Source: Patescibacteria group bacterium (GTDB taxonomy: Bacteria; Patescibacteriota; Minisyncoccia; Minisyncoccales; RBG-13-36-15). From it: 64,000 nucleotides of DNA. Below are positions 35,126 to 44,782 of the stretch, one piece after another. The position numbers and the translations under genes were made by a program. Within the stretch, counting starts at the first letter, position 1. Every line of letters starts with the position of its first letter. The notes below the pieces were generated by a model that worked only from the letters and a program-made list of their open reading frames with translations, did not search any database and was not told the origin of the DNA. The stretch spans positions 10,303 to 74,302 of the forward strand of contig JACZRI010000002.1 of assembly GCA_022574775.1 (NCBI GenBank), in the 5' to 3' direction.

Positions 35126-35530
35126 TTATCGTTGCACAAATTTAGTTTTGATTGGCAATTTATCTCCTGCCCTCTTTAGAGCCTCCTTCGCTTGCTCCAT
35201 CTTTATTCCCTCCAACTCAAAGATTATTCTGCCTGGCCTTATAGGAAACACATAATGATCAACCGATCCCTTGCCTCCTCCCATAGGAACTTCTGTTCCT
35301 TTATGGGTAATTGGTTTTTGAGGAAAAATTCTAATCCAAAGTTTTCCTCCTTTTTTCAGATACCTGATAATCGCTCTTCTCCCTGCTTCAATCTGACGGG
35401 AAGTAATCCACTTTGACTCAAGACTCTTTAATCCAAAACTACCAAAAGTTAATTTTGTTCCCCGACGGTCAATACCCTTAGAACGACCCTTATGCCATTT
35501 TCTATGTTTTACTTTCTTTGGATAGAGCAT
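35126..35530 (-). CDS. rplP: 50S ribosomal protein L16
   Basis: 134-aa ORF starting [15 protein letters not shown]. Confidence 0.95.
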   Translation of the reverse strand: MLYPKKVKHRKWHKGRSKGIDRRGTKLTFGSFGLKSLESKWITSRQIEAGRRAIIRYLKKGGKLWIRIFPQKPITHKGTEVPMGGGKGSVDHYVFPIRPGRIIFELEGIKMEQAKEALKRAGDKLPIKTKFVQR

Positions 35531-35602
35531 GACTCATTTAAACATCTAAGCATTTTAACCTTTTAACAAAATTGGAATCCACGATGTTCAGATGTTTACA
35601 CG
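35531..35602. repeat. same family (rplP-rpsC spacer)
   Basis: CATTTAAACATCTAAGCATTTTAACC ... GATGTTCAGATGTTTACACG. Confidence 0.85.
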
Positions 35603-36283
35603 TTAAGAAGAGAACTTCTCTCCTTTATAAATCCATACTTTCACACCTACCACTCCATAACTACAATAGGCTTCCGAACTCGCGTAGTCAATATCTGCCC
35701 TTATGGTCTGACGCGGCAACCTCCCTTTTTTTAACCACGCCTTTCTTGCATACTCTGCTCCCCCCAACCTTCCTGCGATTTCTACCCTTGCGCCCTGAAC
35801 TTGTTTTGAATACATTATCCTTCCCAAAGCCTGTTTTAATACTCTTCTGTAAGGAAACCTTCTTTCTATTTGCTGTGCCATCCACTGACTAACCAATTGC
35901 GCATGTACCCAAGGATCTTTGATCTCCTTGATTTCCAACCTCATCTCTGGCGGCTTATCATTTTTTCTTCTCTTCCTGTCCACTAAAATCTTCTTAGGAC
36001 GAAGCTCCTTCTCTAAATTTCTCTTTAATTCCTCAATTCCTGATCCGCCGCGACCAATAATTAAACCAGGCCTTGCAGAAGTCATAATAATCGTTAATTT
36101 CCCAGGAGAACGTTCAATTTCGATCTTCTCTAAACTCATTTGTTTTAATCTCTCTTTTAGAAATTCTCTAATTCTAAAATCCTCCTCTAAAAATTGAGAG
36201 AAATCTTTTTTGCTTAACCAGCGAGAATTCCAATCAGCTGTTTCTTTTGTTCTAAAAATTTTAGGATGAACTCTATGACTCAT
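35603..36283 (-). CDS. rpsC: 30S ribosomal protein S3
   Basis: 226-aa ORF with KH domain and S3-C pattern (IIGRGGSGIEELK...GRLGGAEYAR). Confidence 0.95.
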   Translation of the reverse strand: MSHRVHPKIFRTKETADWNSRWLSKKDFSQFLEEDFRIREFLKERLKQMSLEKIEIERSPGKLTIIMTSARPGLIIGRGGSGIEELKRNLEKELRPKKILVDRKRRKNDKPPEMRLEIKEIKDPWVHAQLVSQWMAQQIERRFPYRRVLKQALGRIMYSKQVQGARVEIAGRLGGAEYARKAWLKKGRLPRQTIRADIDYASSEAYCSYGVVGVKVWIYKGEKFSS

Positions 36284-36366
36284 GTTGAATTACAAAATAT
36301 GAAGCATGAAGATCAAAGGATTTTTAAATATCTTTCTCTTTTTTTCGTACTTCGTACTTCAGACTA
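36284..36366. repeat. GAAG-word hairpin (rpsC-rplV spacer)
   Basis: ATGAAGCATGAAGATC ... TTCGTACTTCGTACTTCAGAC. Confidence 0.8.
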
Positions 36367-36885
36367 CTAAAATGCTTTTCGTTTAAAAAATCTTTTTGTT
36401 CCTTTTTCTACTTTCGGCTTAAGAAAACGAATTTCCGGTCTTAATTTAGGCTTTTCCGCCCGGCGCTCTTCGCCTTTTTGGAGTCCAACTTCCTTCTTTT
36501 GAATTTTCTCCTCCTTTGCTTTCTTTAACTTCTTAACTATTTTTTGCTTTGTTGCAATCTCATCCAATACTAAAATGATATGAGAGGTCTTTTTCTGAAT
36601 CTCTGAAACCTGACCTCGTGCTCTTGGCATCCATCTTTTTAATTTTGGCCCTTCATCAACTGTTATTTTTGAAATATAAAGATTGCCTTCTTCTATCTGG
36701 GAACTCTGTTTAATATTAGCTATAGCCTGCTTTAAAAGCTTAAGCACTGGAAGAGCTGCTTTCTTGGTAGTAAAATTTAAAAGAGCTTGGGCTTCCCTAA
36801 TAGATTTCCCTCTAATTAAGTCAGATATTAATCTCACTTTCCGAGGGGCAATTCGTAGATATCGAAGTTTAGCAGTTGAAGACAT
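36367..36885 (-). CDS. rplV: 50S ribosomal protein L22 with Lys/Glu-rich C-terminal extension
   Basis: L22 core (A.LRYLRIAPRKVRL..DLIRGK....A...L.F) followed by a charged tail of about 60 aa. Confidence 0.93.
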   Translation of the reverse strand: MSSTAKLRYLRIAPRKVRLISDLIRGKSIREAQALLNFTTKKAALPVLKLLKQAIANIKQSSQIEEGNLYISKITVDEGPKLKRWMPRARGQVSEIQKKTSHIILVLDEIATKQKIVKKLKKAKEEKIQKKEVGLQKGEERRAEKPKLRPEIRFLKPKVEKGTKRFFKRKAF

Positions 36886-36929
36886 AAAATAAATTTACTA
36901 CACGGCTCATTGTTAAACCATTAAGCCGT

Positions 36930-37256
36930 TTAAGTGCCTTCGGCACTTTTTAGTTTTTCTGCTTCGGATTCTTTAGTTTTTTCCTCTAACTCTCTTTGTA
37001 TTTTCCCGCCGTGCCTAAAAAACTTTGTGGTCGGAGAAAATTCTCCTAATTTGTGACCGACCATCTCTTCTGTCGCATTAACCGGGACATGTTCTTTACC
37101 ATTGTGAACTCCAAACGTAAATCCAACCATTTCCGGAGTAATAGTACAAGCTCTGCACCAAGTTTTAATAATCTCATTTGTGCCAGGTTTAAGTTTTTTG
37201 ACTTTCTTTAATAATTTTGGGTCCACGTAAGGACCTTTTTTTAAGCTACGAGCCAT
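36930..37256 (-). CDS. rpsS: 30S ribosomal protein S19
   Basis: [17 protein letters not shown]...HNGK.HVPV......MVGHKLGEF. Confidence 0.95.
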   Translation of the reverse strand: MARSLKKGPYVDPKLLKKVKKLKPGTNEIIKTWCRACTITPEMVGFTFGVHNGKEHVPVNATEEMVGHKLGEFSPTTKFFRHGGKIQRELEEKTKESEAEKLKSAEGT

Positions 37257-37314
37257 GATTTAGTGTTTAGTAGTTAGTATTTTTGGGTTTTTCTCCCAAG
37301 CTACAAGCTACAAA

Positions 37315-38109
37315 TTATTTCTTGTGTCTTCTTTTTATTATATATCTATCTGTCCATCTCCGCCTTCTTGTCCTCACACCCAGTGCTGGTTTTCCCCAAG
37401 GCGTCTTTGGATGTTTTAAACCAATAGGTGCCTTCCCCTCTCCTCCACCATGTGGATGGTCAGCAGGAACCATTGCTGATCCTCGAACAGTCGGTCTTAT
37501 TCCCCTCAATCTTGATCTCCCTGCTTTAGGAATTTTCTCATAAATTTTCTCAGGATTGGAAACCATTCCAACTGAAGCGAAGCATTCTCGGAAAACTTTT
37601 CTTATTTCCCTAGAAGGCATTTCTAAATGGGTAAACTTATCTTCTTGAGCTAAAATTCGAGCCCCAGTTCCCGCACCTCTTGCTAATTTTCCTCCTCTAC
37701 CTGGCTCAATTTCAATATTATAGACCATAGTTCCCAAAGGAATATTTTTTAACTTCATCCGATTTCCGGCAGATATTGGGGCTTTCTCTGAAATCTGAAT
37801 TTCATCGCCAACTTTTAGGTTTTGTGGAGCTAAAGTATATCTTTTTTCCTTATCTTCATATTCTAAAAGCGCCAAAAAACCAGACCTGTAAGGATCATAT
37901 TCAAGAGCAATTACCTTAGCTTTTATCCCAATTTTTTTCTGGCCAAAATCAACAATCCGGTATAACCTCTTTACTCCCCCCCCTTGGTGACGAACAGTGA
38001 TCCTACCGCTAGACCCTCTCCCCGCTTTACTCTTTAAATATATGAGCAACCTTTTTTCAGGCTCTTTTTTGGTCAATATTCTTGTTGATGATGTTCTTTT
38101 AGATTTCAT
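37315..38109 (-). CDS. rplB: 50S ribosomal protein L2
   Basis: 264-aa ORF with L2 pattern (GRN..G.IT.RH.GGG.KR.YR.IDF...; HPHGGGEGK). Confidence 0.96.
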   Translation of the reverse strand: MKSKRTSSTRILTKKEPEKRLLIYLKSKAGRGSSGRITVRHQGGGVKRLYRIVDFGQKKIGIKAKVIALEYDPYRSGFLALLEYEDKEKRYTLAPQNLKVGDEIQISEKAPISAGNRMKLKNIPLGTMVYNIEIEPGRGGKLARGAGTGARILAQEDKFTHLEMPSREIRKVFRECFASVGMVSNPEKIYEKIPKAGRSRLRGIRPTVRGSAMVPADHPHGGGEGKAPIGLKHPKTPWGKPALGVRTRRRRWTDRYIIKRRHKK

Positions 38110-38128
38110 ACAAATCTCAAGGTAATTC

Positions 38129-38563
38129 TTACTGGGGCAGTATCTCTATTTTCTGTCCTTTTTTTATTTTCACTATTGCTTTTTTATATCCTTTCCTCCA
38201 ACCAGTTATTTTTCCTAATCTTCTTTTTTTGGAAGATATATTTATAATATTAACATTTAACACATTCACCCCATAAACATCCTCAATTGCTTTTTTAATA
38301 TCAATCTTATTAGCTGTAGTATAAACTTTAAAAGCGTATTGATTTTTCTTGGTCAAATCAGTAGTTTTCTCTGTAATATGTGGAGATTTTAATATCCTGT
38401 ATGCCTCGCCTACAACTACCTTCTTCTTGGAGACCGCTTTTATTTCTCCCTTAACCTCTTTTGGCTCCTCAGCAGGCTTAACTTTTTCTACAACAGATTT
38501 AACTTTCTCTGTTGGTTTCTCTTTTGGTTTTCTTTTGAATATATCGCGTAGAGCCATATACAA
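38129..38563 (-). CDS. rplW: 50S ribosomal protein L23 with charged N-terminal extension
   Basis: L23 core (ILK.PHITEK...L....N.Y.FKV...ANK..IK.AIE..Y.V.V..VN) preceded by about 45 aa rich in Lys/Glu/Pro/Val. Confidence 0.92.
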   Translation of the reverse strand: MYMALRDIFKRKPKEKPTEKVKSVVEKVKPAEEPKEVKGEIKAVSKKKVVVGEAYRILKSPHITEKTTDLTKKNQYAFKVYTTANKIDIKKAIEDVYGVNVLNVNIINISSKKRRLGKITGWRKGYKKAIVKIKKGQKIEILPQ

Positions 38564-38639
38564 TAAATTTCTAATAGTTAACTTCTAATGTCTAATTATT
38601 TTAGATATTTGATATTGGGATTTAATTAGTTATTAGTAA
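38564..38639. repeat. CTAATTT / ATTAGTA-word hairpin (rplW-rplD spacer)
   Basis: TTCTAATAGTTAACTTCTAATGTCTAATTA ... TTAATTAGTTATTAGTAATT. Relatives at 1418-1476, 31741-31802 and 49221-49318. Confidence 0.8.
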
Positions 38640-39281
38640 TTAAGAATTAGCATTTTTTAGGAATGTTTCTTTTATAACTTTAATTGACTCTTTTGGCAAA
38701 AGTAAATATTTAAAAGATAGCAAATCCAGAGTATTTAAATCTCTCGCCTGAATAATTTCTACTTTCGGAATATTTTTTGCAGCCCTGATGATTGATTCTT
38801 CTTTTTTGGGAAGAGCGATCAAGCAAGATATATTTTTTATTGGTAATTTATTCAAAATTCCAGTCATCAATTTTGTCTTAGGTTTATCAATTTTCAAAGA
38901 ATCTAAGATAATTATTAAATTTTCTTTGGCCTTGGCGCTTATTGCCATAAATAACGCTTTTTTTCTCATTTTTTTCGGAATTTTCTTTTTGTAAGCTCTC
39001 GTCTTTCTTGGACCAAAAGTAACTCCACCTCCTCTCCAAATTGGGGATCTTATGGAACCAGCCCTTGCTCTTCCCGTCCCTTTCTGTCTCCAAGGTTTTT
39101 TTCCACCACCTCGGACTTCAGCTCTCGTTTTGGTATGGGCAATAGGAATTCTCCTATTTGCCATCTGGCTCACAACCACCTGATGAATTAAATCAGTATT
39201 AACTGGAATTCCGAAAATCTCTTTTGGTAATACTACATCTTTAGCCTTTTTTCCTTGTTGATTATAAACTGGGTATTTCAT
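38640..39281 (-). CDS. rplD: 50S ribosomal protein L4
   Basis: 213-aa ORF with L4 pattern (TKTRAEVRGGGKKPWRQKGTGRAR.GS.RSP.W.GGG..FGP). Confidence 0.95.
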   Translation of the reverse strand: MKYPVYNQQGKKAKDVVLPKEIFGIPVNTDLIHQVVVSQMANRRIPIAHTKTRAEVRGGGKKPWRQKGTGRARAGSIRSPIWRGGGVTFGPRKTRAYKKKIPKKMRKKALFMAISAKAKENLIIILDSLKIDKPKTKLMTGILNKLPIKNISCLIALPKKEESIIRAAKNIPKVEIIQARDLNTLDLLSFKYLLLPKESIKVIKETFLKNANS

Positions 39282-39487
39282 GTTTTGTAGAAGCGGGTTT
39301 ACGCGGATCTAAAGGAAGTCAGACTCCCCTCTAAAGACTTTCTTGAAGCAAGGGTAAGCTCCTCAAAGAGCATCTCGGAGCCCCAGACAGCATGGTCCCG
39401 CCCAGGGCGGGTGTCGGGGTGAGAGTTGAACAGCAATTTCTCGCTGGGAAATTGACTGTGTCTCTTTGATGGGGCTTACCCGAGCGC
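39282..39487. repeat. GC-rich structured element filling the rplC-rplD spacer
   Basis: 206-nt spacer with hairpins CCCGCC/GGCGGG, GCTCC/GGAGC and CAATTTC-TCGCTGG-GAAATTG. The last is homologous to 45317-45341. Confidence 0.8.
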
Positions 39488-40126
39488 TTATCCTCTAATC
39501 TCAAGAAGTGTACCTCTCCTGCCAGGAATAGCACCTTTCATTGCAATCAAATTGTTTTTAGCATCAATTTTAACTATTTCCAAATTTTTAACTGTTATTC
39601 TTTCAAACCCCATTCTCCCCGGCATTTTTTTTCCTTTAATCACTCTTTCTGGAAAAGAGGATCCAACAGAACCGAGAGTTCTCGCTTCATGTTTTACTCC
39701 ATGAGAAGCTCCTCTTCCCGCGAATCCCCATCTTTTCACAGCTCCTTGAAAACCTTTTCCTTTTGAAATCCCAGACACCTTAACCATATCCCCAGCTTGA
39801 AATATAGAAATATCTATTTTATCGCCAACTTTATATTTGCTATTTTGCCCGTCTGCAGCAGATCCCTGCTCGTCGGCAAGCAAGACGCCTTTGGCAGAAA
39901 ATTCTCTTAAATACCTGAAAGGTTTTTGCGTCTGTGGTTTCTTAATTTTTTTTTTCTTCTCTATTCTTTCAAAACCGATCTGAGTAGCTTCGTAACCATC
40001 TTTCTTTTTGTTTTTTATTTGCGTAACAAAACAGGGACCAGCTTCAATCACTGTCACTGGAACAACATTGCCTCTTTCATCAAATAGTTGGGACATTTCT
40101 AATTTTTTACCTAAGATAAATTTCAT
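39488..40126 (-). CDS. rplC: 50S ribosomal protein L3
   Basis: 212-aa ORF with L3 pattern (GKK..M.Q.F...G..VPVTVIEAGPC.V.Q.K...; KGKGFQG..KR). Confidence 0.95.
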   Translation of the reverse strand: MKFILGKKLEMSQLFDERGNVVPVTVIEAGPCFVTQIKNKKKDGYEATQIGFERIEKKKKIKKPQTQKPFRYLREFSAKGVLLADEQGSAADGQNSKYKVGDKIDISIFQAGDMVKVSGISKGKGFQGAVKRWGFAGRGASHGVKHEARTLGSVGSSFPERVIKGKKMPGRMGFERITVKNLEIVKIDAKNNLIAMKGAIPGRRGTLLEIRG

Positions 40127-40179
40127 ATTTTGTAAAAATGTGTGAATACGGATAACTACGCGGATTTATACGGACAATA

Positions 40180-40205
40180 GAAAACCGGGCAATAACCCGG
40201 TTTTC
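40180..40205 (-). terminator. strong hairpin (attenuator/terminator-like) between rpsJ and rplC
   Basis: GAAAACCGGG / CCCGGTTTTC 10-bp stem, with minus-strand tail UUUUCUAUU. Confidence 0.5.
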
Positions 40206-40373
40206 CACCATGGTTATTTAATATGAAAATTAGATTTTAAAATTCGTTGATTTTGAACACATTAATTATGTATCAAAAATTTATTTTTGTAAACTCTTTT
40301 CTGCATCTTTCCGTGTTTGGATAAGCGTGATGCAAAGTTATGCTTAACTTGATGAAACGATCCGCTTCTATGG

Positions 40374-40718
40374 TCACATTTTTATTTCGATATCAACTCC
40401 AGCAGGTAAATTCAAATTCATTAAAGCATCAATTACTTTTGGGTTAGGGTTTAAAATATCAATCAACCTTTTGTGAATCCTCATTTCAAACTGCTCTCTC
40501 GCATCTTTATGCACAAAAGAAGATCTATTAACCGTATATTTGTGAATTTCGGTTGGTAATGGAACAGGGCCAGACACTTCTGCCCCATGCCTTAAAGCTA
40601 CCTCAACAATCTGTCGAGCGCTGCTGTCAATGACCTTATGGTCATAAGCCTTAATCTTTATCCGAACCTTCGGTTTAACTTCTTCCTCAACTCCTTTTGT
40701 TTTTTCTTTAGCTGCCAT
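40374..40718 (-). CDS. rpsJ: 30S ribosomal protein S10
   Basis: 114-aa ORF with S10 pattern (IRIK.KAYDH..ID.S...IV......GA.V.GP.PLPT). Confidence 0.95.
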   Translation of the reverse strand: MAAKEKTKGVEEEVKPKVRIKIKAYDHKVIDSSARQIVEVALRHGAEVSGPVPLPTEIHKYTVNRSSFVHKDAREQFEMRIHKRLIDILNPNPKVIDALMNLNLPAGVDIEIKM

Positions 40719-40791
40719 TTCTTAAAAAGAACAAAAATTTTAAGTTTCTAATCTTTAGTGTTCGGGGGTTACATATTTAATATTAAACTTC

Positions 40792-40822
40792 AAAAAAAAC
40801 TAGCGCCAAAGCCGGACGCTAG
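40792..40822 (-). terminator. terminator-like hairpin after tuf
   Basis: CTAGCG / CGCTAG stem followed on the minus strand by a T8 run. Confidence 0.65.
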
Positions 40823-40829
40823 TATTCTA

Positions 40830-42029
40830 CTATTTAGTTATCTTTATCACTACTCCTGCTCCTACCGTTTTTCCTCCTTCTCGAAGGGCAAATCTTTGCT
40901 TTTCCTCTAATGCAATGGGGGAAATTAATTTGATTTTCAGATTAACCGTATCTCCCGGCATCACCATTTCAGTTCCTTCAGGCAAAGCGACGTCTCCTGT
41001 AACATCCGTAGTTCGGAAATAAAATTGGGGTTTATAGCCGGAAAAGAAAGGTGTATGCCTTCCTCCTTCTTCCTTGGCAAGGATATAAACTTCTCCCTCA
41101 AACTCAGTGTGTGGAGTTATAGAACCTGGCTTTGCAAGCACTTGCCCCCTCTCTATTTCTTCTTTTTTTATTCCCCTCAGTAAAATTCCGACATTATCTC
41201 CCGCTCTTCCGTCATCTAATATTTTATTGAACATTTCAATGCTCACAACAGCAGTCTTAGTGGTAGGTTTAATGCCTACAAGCTCAACTTCTTCGTTAGC
41301 TTTCACTATTCCACGCTCCACTCTACCCGTAGCCACAGTCCCCCGTCCTGCAATAGAAAAAACATCTTCAACAGCCATCAGAAATGGTTTATCAATCTCT
41401 CGTACTGGCTCTGGAATAAAATCATCTAAGGCTTTCACTAAATCCAGAATGGGTTTTGCCGCCTCGTCATCAGCTGAATCAACCTTCAATGCTTTCAATG
41501 CAGATCCCTTGATTATTGGAGTTTCATCTCCTGGAAAATCATATTTTTTCAAAAGCTCTCTAATCTCAGATTCGACTAAAACAATCATTTCCTGATCTTC
41601 AACCATATCGCATTTATTCAAAAACACTATAACAGAAGGCAGGCCAACCTGTCTGGCTAATAAAATATGTTCTCTGGTCTGGGGCATAGGGCCATCTGGA
41701 GCAGAAACTACTAAAATTGCTCCGTCCATCTGGGCAGCCCCTGTAATCATGTTTTTGATATAGTCTGCGTGACCTGGACAATCAATATGCGCATAGTGTC
41801 TCTTTTCGGTCTCATACTCAACATGGCAAATATTGATAGTTAATCCCCGAGCTCTTTCTTCTGGAGCCGAATCAATCTCATCAATACTCTTCTTTGAGGC
41901 TCTGAACCCCTTCAACCCCAAAACTTTCAAAATAGCCGCGGTCAAGGTAGTCTTTCCATGGTCAACGTGACCAATTGTCCCCACATTTAAGTGAGGTTTT
42001 ACTCTTTCAAATTTTTCTTTTCCTGCCAT
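40830..42029 (-). CDS. tuf: elongation factor Tu
   Basis: 399-aa ORF with [15 protein letters not shown] and NKCD motifs. Confidence 0.98.
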   Translation of the reverse strand: MAGKEKFERVKPHLNVGTIGHVDHGKTTLTAAILKVLGLKGFRASKKSIDEIDSAPEERARGLTINICHVEYETEKRHYAHIDCPGHADYIKNMITGAAQMDGAILVVSAPDGPMPQTREHILLARQVGLPSVIVFLNKCDMVEDQEMIVLVESEIRELLKKYDFPGDETPIIKGSALKALKVDSADDEAAKPILDLVKALDDFIPEPVREIDKPFLMAVEDVFSIAGRGTVATGRVERGIVKANEEVELVGIKPTTKTAVVSIEMFNKILDDGRAGDNVGILLRGIKKEEIERGQVLAKPGSITPHTEFEGEVYILAKEEGGRHTPFFSGYKPQFYFRTTDVTGDVALPEGTEMVMPGDTVNLKIKLISPIALEEKQRFALREGGKTVGAGVVIKITK

Positions 42030-42242
42030 AAAAATATAATCCTAATCTACTGATTTATCCGAATGCTACAAATTAATTATTAGGATAATTCGGATGTAAT
42101 TCGTTGATTGGAATTACTTTAAGTTATATTATTATTCTACTCAACTAAAAAAAATAGTCAACCTTTTGATAGACTCAAGGTTAACATTGAATCTGGGCTT
42201 TGACTGAACTCAGTTAAAGCCTCGAAACGTCAAGTAACTTAA

Positions 42243-42271
42243 ATCATAGCAAATATTCTTTATTGAGTCAA
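42243..42271 (-). promoter_or_regulatory. putative tuf promoter
   Basis: Minus strand TTGACT (42271-42266), 17 nt, then TATGAT (42248-42243). Confidence 0.5.
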
Positions 42272-42341
42272 CATTCCTTTTGTATCAAACCTTTTGTATC
42301 AAAAATATCGAATGAAGTCAAAGAATTTGTAGTGGATTATT

Positions 42342-42420
42342 CTATCTCCTTTTCCCTTCTATAATCTCTTGTGCGATATTCTGAGGGACCTCCTCATATT
42401 TGTCGAATTCCATTGTAAAG
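42342..42420 (-). pseudogene. orphan duplicate of the fusA 3' end (last ~26 codons plus stop)
   Basis: 42358-42420 is identical to 42577-42639. It continues GAA GGG AAA AGG AGA TAG, which also encodes EGKRR-stop. No upstream reading frame is attached. Confidence 0.85.
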
Positions 42421-42576
42421 TCGCTCGCTCAGCTCGCTCTTTAGACACCTCTCGGTTTCTAACGTTTCCGCCTCAGCGGCGGAAGCCTGTTTTCCTACAC
42501 GGGAAAACACCCAGTTTTCCCGACCCCTTTCTGCTTTACGATGGAATTATTCTGAAAAAATCAACGCCTCTTGCCC
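42421..42576. repeat. GC-rich structured element inserted behind the fusA stop
   Basis: Hairpins GGGAAAAC/GTTTTCCC and TTCCGCC/GGCGGAA. Shares the ACACGG...CCCGACCCCTTTCTG and GGTTTCT(A/T)ACGT blocks with 45395-45542. Confidence 0.8.
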
Positions 42577-44666
42577 TCTATAATCTCTTGTGCGATATTC
42601 TGAGGGACCTCCTCATATTTGTCGAATTCCATTGTAAAGGTTCCTCTGCCTTCTGTCATTGATCTTAAAGATGTTGCATAGCCAAACATTTGAGCTAAAG
42701 GAACTTTTGCATCAATTACTTTAAGATTCAATCTGTCTTTTGTTTCCTCTATCTTTCCTCTTCTCGTTGCCAAATCCCCAATAGTATCTCCAAAAAATTC
42801 AGAAGGAATGGTCACTTCCAGACGCATTATCGGTTCAAGCAAAACGGGCTTTGCTCTTTTAGAGGCTGTTTGCAAAGCCATGGATGCTGCTATCTTAAAA
42901 GCAATCTCCGAAGAATCAACGTCGTGGTAAGAACCATCATATAAAATTGCCTCAATGTCAACCATAGGGTAACCCGCAACAACACCTCTTTCCATAGCCT
43001 CTATCACCCCTTTTTTCACGGCAGGAATGAACTCTTGAGGGATAGTTCCTCCCTTAATTTCATTAGTAAACTCAAACCCGTCTCCTCTTTCCTTAGGTTT
43101 CAAACGCAAGAACACATGACCATACTGACCCCTCCCCCCTGTCTGTTTGATGTATTTTCCTTCAGCAAAAGATTCTCCTTTGATTGTTTCTTTATAGGCA
43201 ACTTGCGGCCTTCCAACTGCAACTGAAACCTTAAACTCCCTGCGCATTCTATCATTGATTATCTCTAAATGCAGCTCTCCCATTCCAGAAATAATAGTTT
43301 CTCCAGTCTCCAAATCACTTTTAACTTTAAAAGTTGGATCCTCTTCAGCTAATTTTTTTAATGCCATGCCCATCTTCTCTTGGTCTGCTCTCGTTTTTGG
43401 CTCAATGCGAATTGAAATAACTGGTTCCGGGAATGAGATTTTTTCCAAAACAATCGGAGAATTCAAATCGCAAAGAGTATGACCAGTAATGGTTTTTTTC
43501 AGCCCAAGGGTCGCAGCAATATCTCCAGCAAAAAGCTCTTCTACTTCTTCACGTTCTGCAGCATGCATTCTTAAAATCCTCCCAATTCTTTCCTTCTCAC
43601 CAGTGGTTGGATTTAATAAATAAGATCCTTTTTGCAAAAAGCCTGAATAAACACGGAAATAATTCAAAGTTCCAACATAAGGGTCAGAAGCTGTTTTGAA
43701 AACTAAAGCTGAAAAAGGCTCTGAATCTACGGCCTTCCTCTCAATTTCCTGACCAGTTTTCGGATCAGTTCCTTTCACTGGAGGCAAATCAATTGGGCTT
43801 GGCAGAAAATCCACGACTCCATCCAAAAGAAGTTGAACTCCTTTATTTTTCAACGCTGATCCACAAAATACCGGAATGATCTTATAGTCAACGGTGGCAG
43901 ATCTCAACACATCCCTTAATTCATCAACTGAAATTTCTTTTTGAGCTAAGTATTTTTCCAAAAGCTTTTCGTCTTCAGCTGCGATTTTTTCCACTAATTT
44001 CTCTCGCCATTCTTCTGCCTGTTCTTTTAAATTTTTAGGTATCTCTTCTTCAACGATATTCTGACCGAAATCGCCATCAAATTTTATTGCTTTTTGCGTT
44101 AAAAGATCAATCACTCCTTCAAAATTTTCTTCAGCTCCAATCGGTATTTGAACAGCCACTGCATTAGGAGATAATTTTTCCAAAATTGATTGCAGGCTCT
44201 TTTCAAAAGAAGCTCCCATTCTATCAAGTTTATTAATAAAACAAATTCTCGGCACCTCAAACTTATCTGCTTGATGCCAAACAGTTTCTGACTGGGGTTC
44301 CACTCCCGCAACTCCGTCAAAAATTACTACTGCCCCGTCTAAAACCCGCAAGGATCTCTGAACTTCAGCGGTAAAATCAATGTGGCCAGGAGTATCAATA
44401 ATGTTAATCCTATGCTCATTTGCTTTTTTTCTTTCCAAATCCCGAGGGGTCCAAAAACAAGTGGTGGCTGCCGCCGTAATGGTAATTCCCCTTTCTCTTT
44501 CCTGTTCCATCCAATCCATAATAGCTGTGCCCTCATGAACCTCTCCAATTTTATGAGAAATCCCGGTATAAAAAAGCACCCGTTCCGTAACGGTTGTTTT
44601 TCCAGCGTCTATGTGAGCAATGATGCCAATATTACGAGTCTTTTCAACAGGATATTGCCTTGGCAT
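42561..44666 (-). CDS. fusA: elongation factor G
   Basis: 701-aa ORF with AHIDAGKTT and DTPGH motifs and EF-G domains II-V pattern. Confidence 0.98.
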   Translation of the reverse strand: MPRQYPVEKTRNIGIIAHIDAGKTTVTERVLFYTGISHKIGEVHEGTAIMDWMEQERERGITITAAATTCFWTPRDLERKKANEHRINIIDTPGHIDFTAEVQRSLRVLDGAVVIFDGVAGVEPQSETVWHQADKFEVPRICFINKLDRMGASFEKSLQSILEKLSPNAVAVQIPIGAEENFEGVIDLLTQKAIKFDGDFGQNIVEEEIPKNLKEQAEEWREKLVEKIAAEDEKLLEKYLAQKEISVDELRDVLRSATVDYKIIPVFCGSALKNKGVQLLLDGVVDFLPSPIDLPPVKGTDPKTGQEIERKAVDSEPFSALVFKTASDPYVGTLNYFRVYSGFLQKGSYLLNPTTGEKERIGRILRMHAAEREEVEELFAGDIAATLGLKKTITGHTLCDLNSPIVLEKISFPEPVISIRIEPKTRADQEKMGMALKKLAEEDPTFKVKSDLETGETIISGMGELHLEIINDRMRREFKVSVAVGRPQVAYKETIKGESFAEGKYIKQTGGRGQYGHVFLRLKPKERGDGFEFTNEIKGGTIPQEFIPAVKKGVIEAMERGVVAGYPMVDIEAILYDGSYHDVDSSEIAFKIAASMALQTASKRAKPVLLEPIMRLEVTIPSEFFGDTIGDLATRRGKIEETKDRLNLKVIDAKVPLAQMFGYATSLRSMTEGRGTFTMEFDKYEEVPQNIAQEIIEGKRR

Positions 44667-44712
44667 GATTTTTGTATCTTGTATTTTGTATTTCTTTAAT
44701 GAGCTTTTGCTC

Positions 44713-44741
44713 TTGACAAATTTGAAGTATGGGTTTATAAT
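44713..44741 (+). promoter_or_regulatory. consensus sigma70-type promoter of cassette A
   Basis: TTGACA (44713-18), 17 nt, TATAAT (44736-41). The 23-nt block CTTGACAAATTTGAAGTATGGGT is identical to 50230-50252. Confidence 0.75.
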
Positions 44742-44782
44742 GGAAACAGCTATTTCAATATTCGAAAAGGAAGGAGGAAACA

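Noticed and set aside
39331-39534. 67-aa minus-strand ORF in the rplC-rplD spacer.
   Set aside because: It lies in the GC-rich structured element, overlaps the rplC 3' end and has no conserved-looking sequence.
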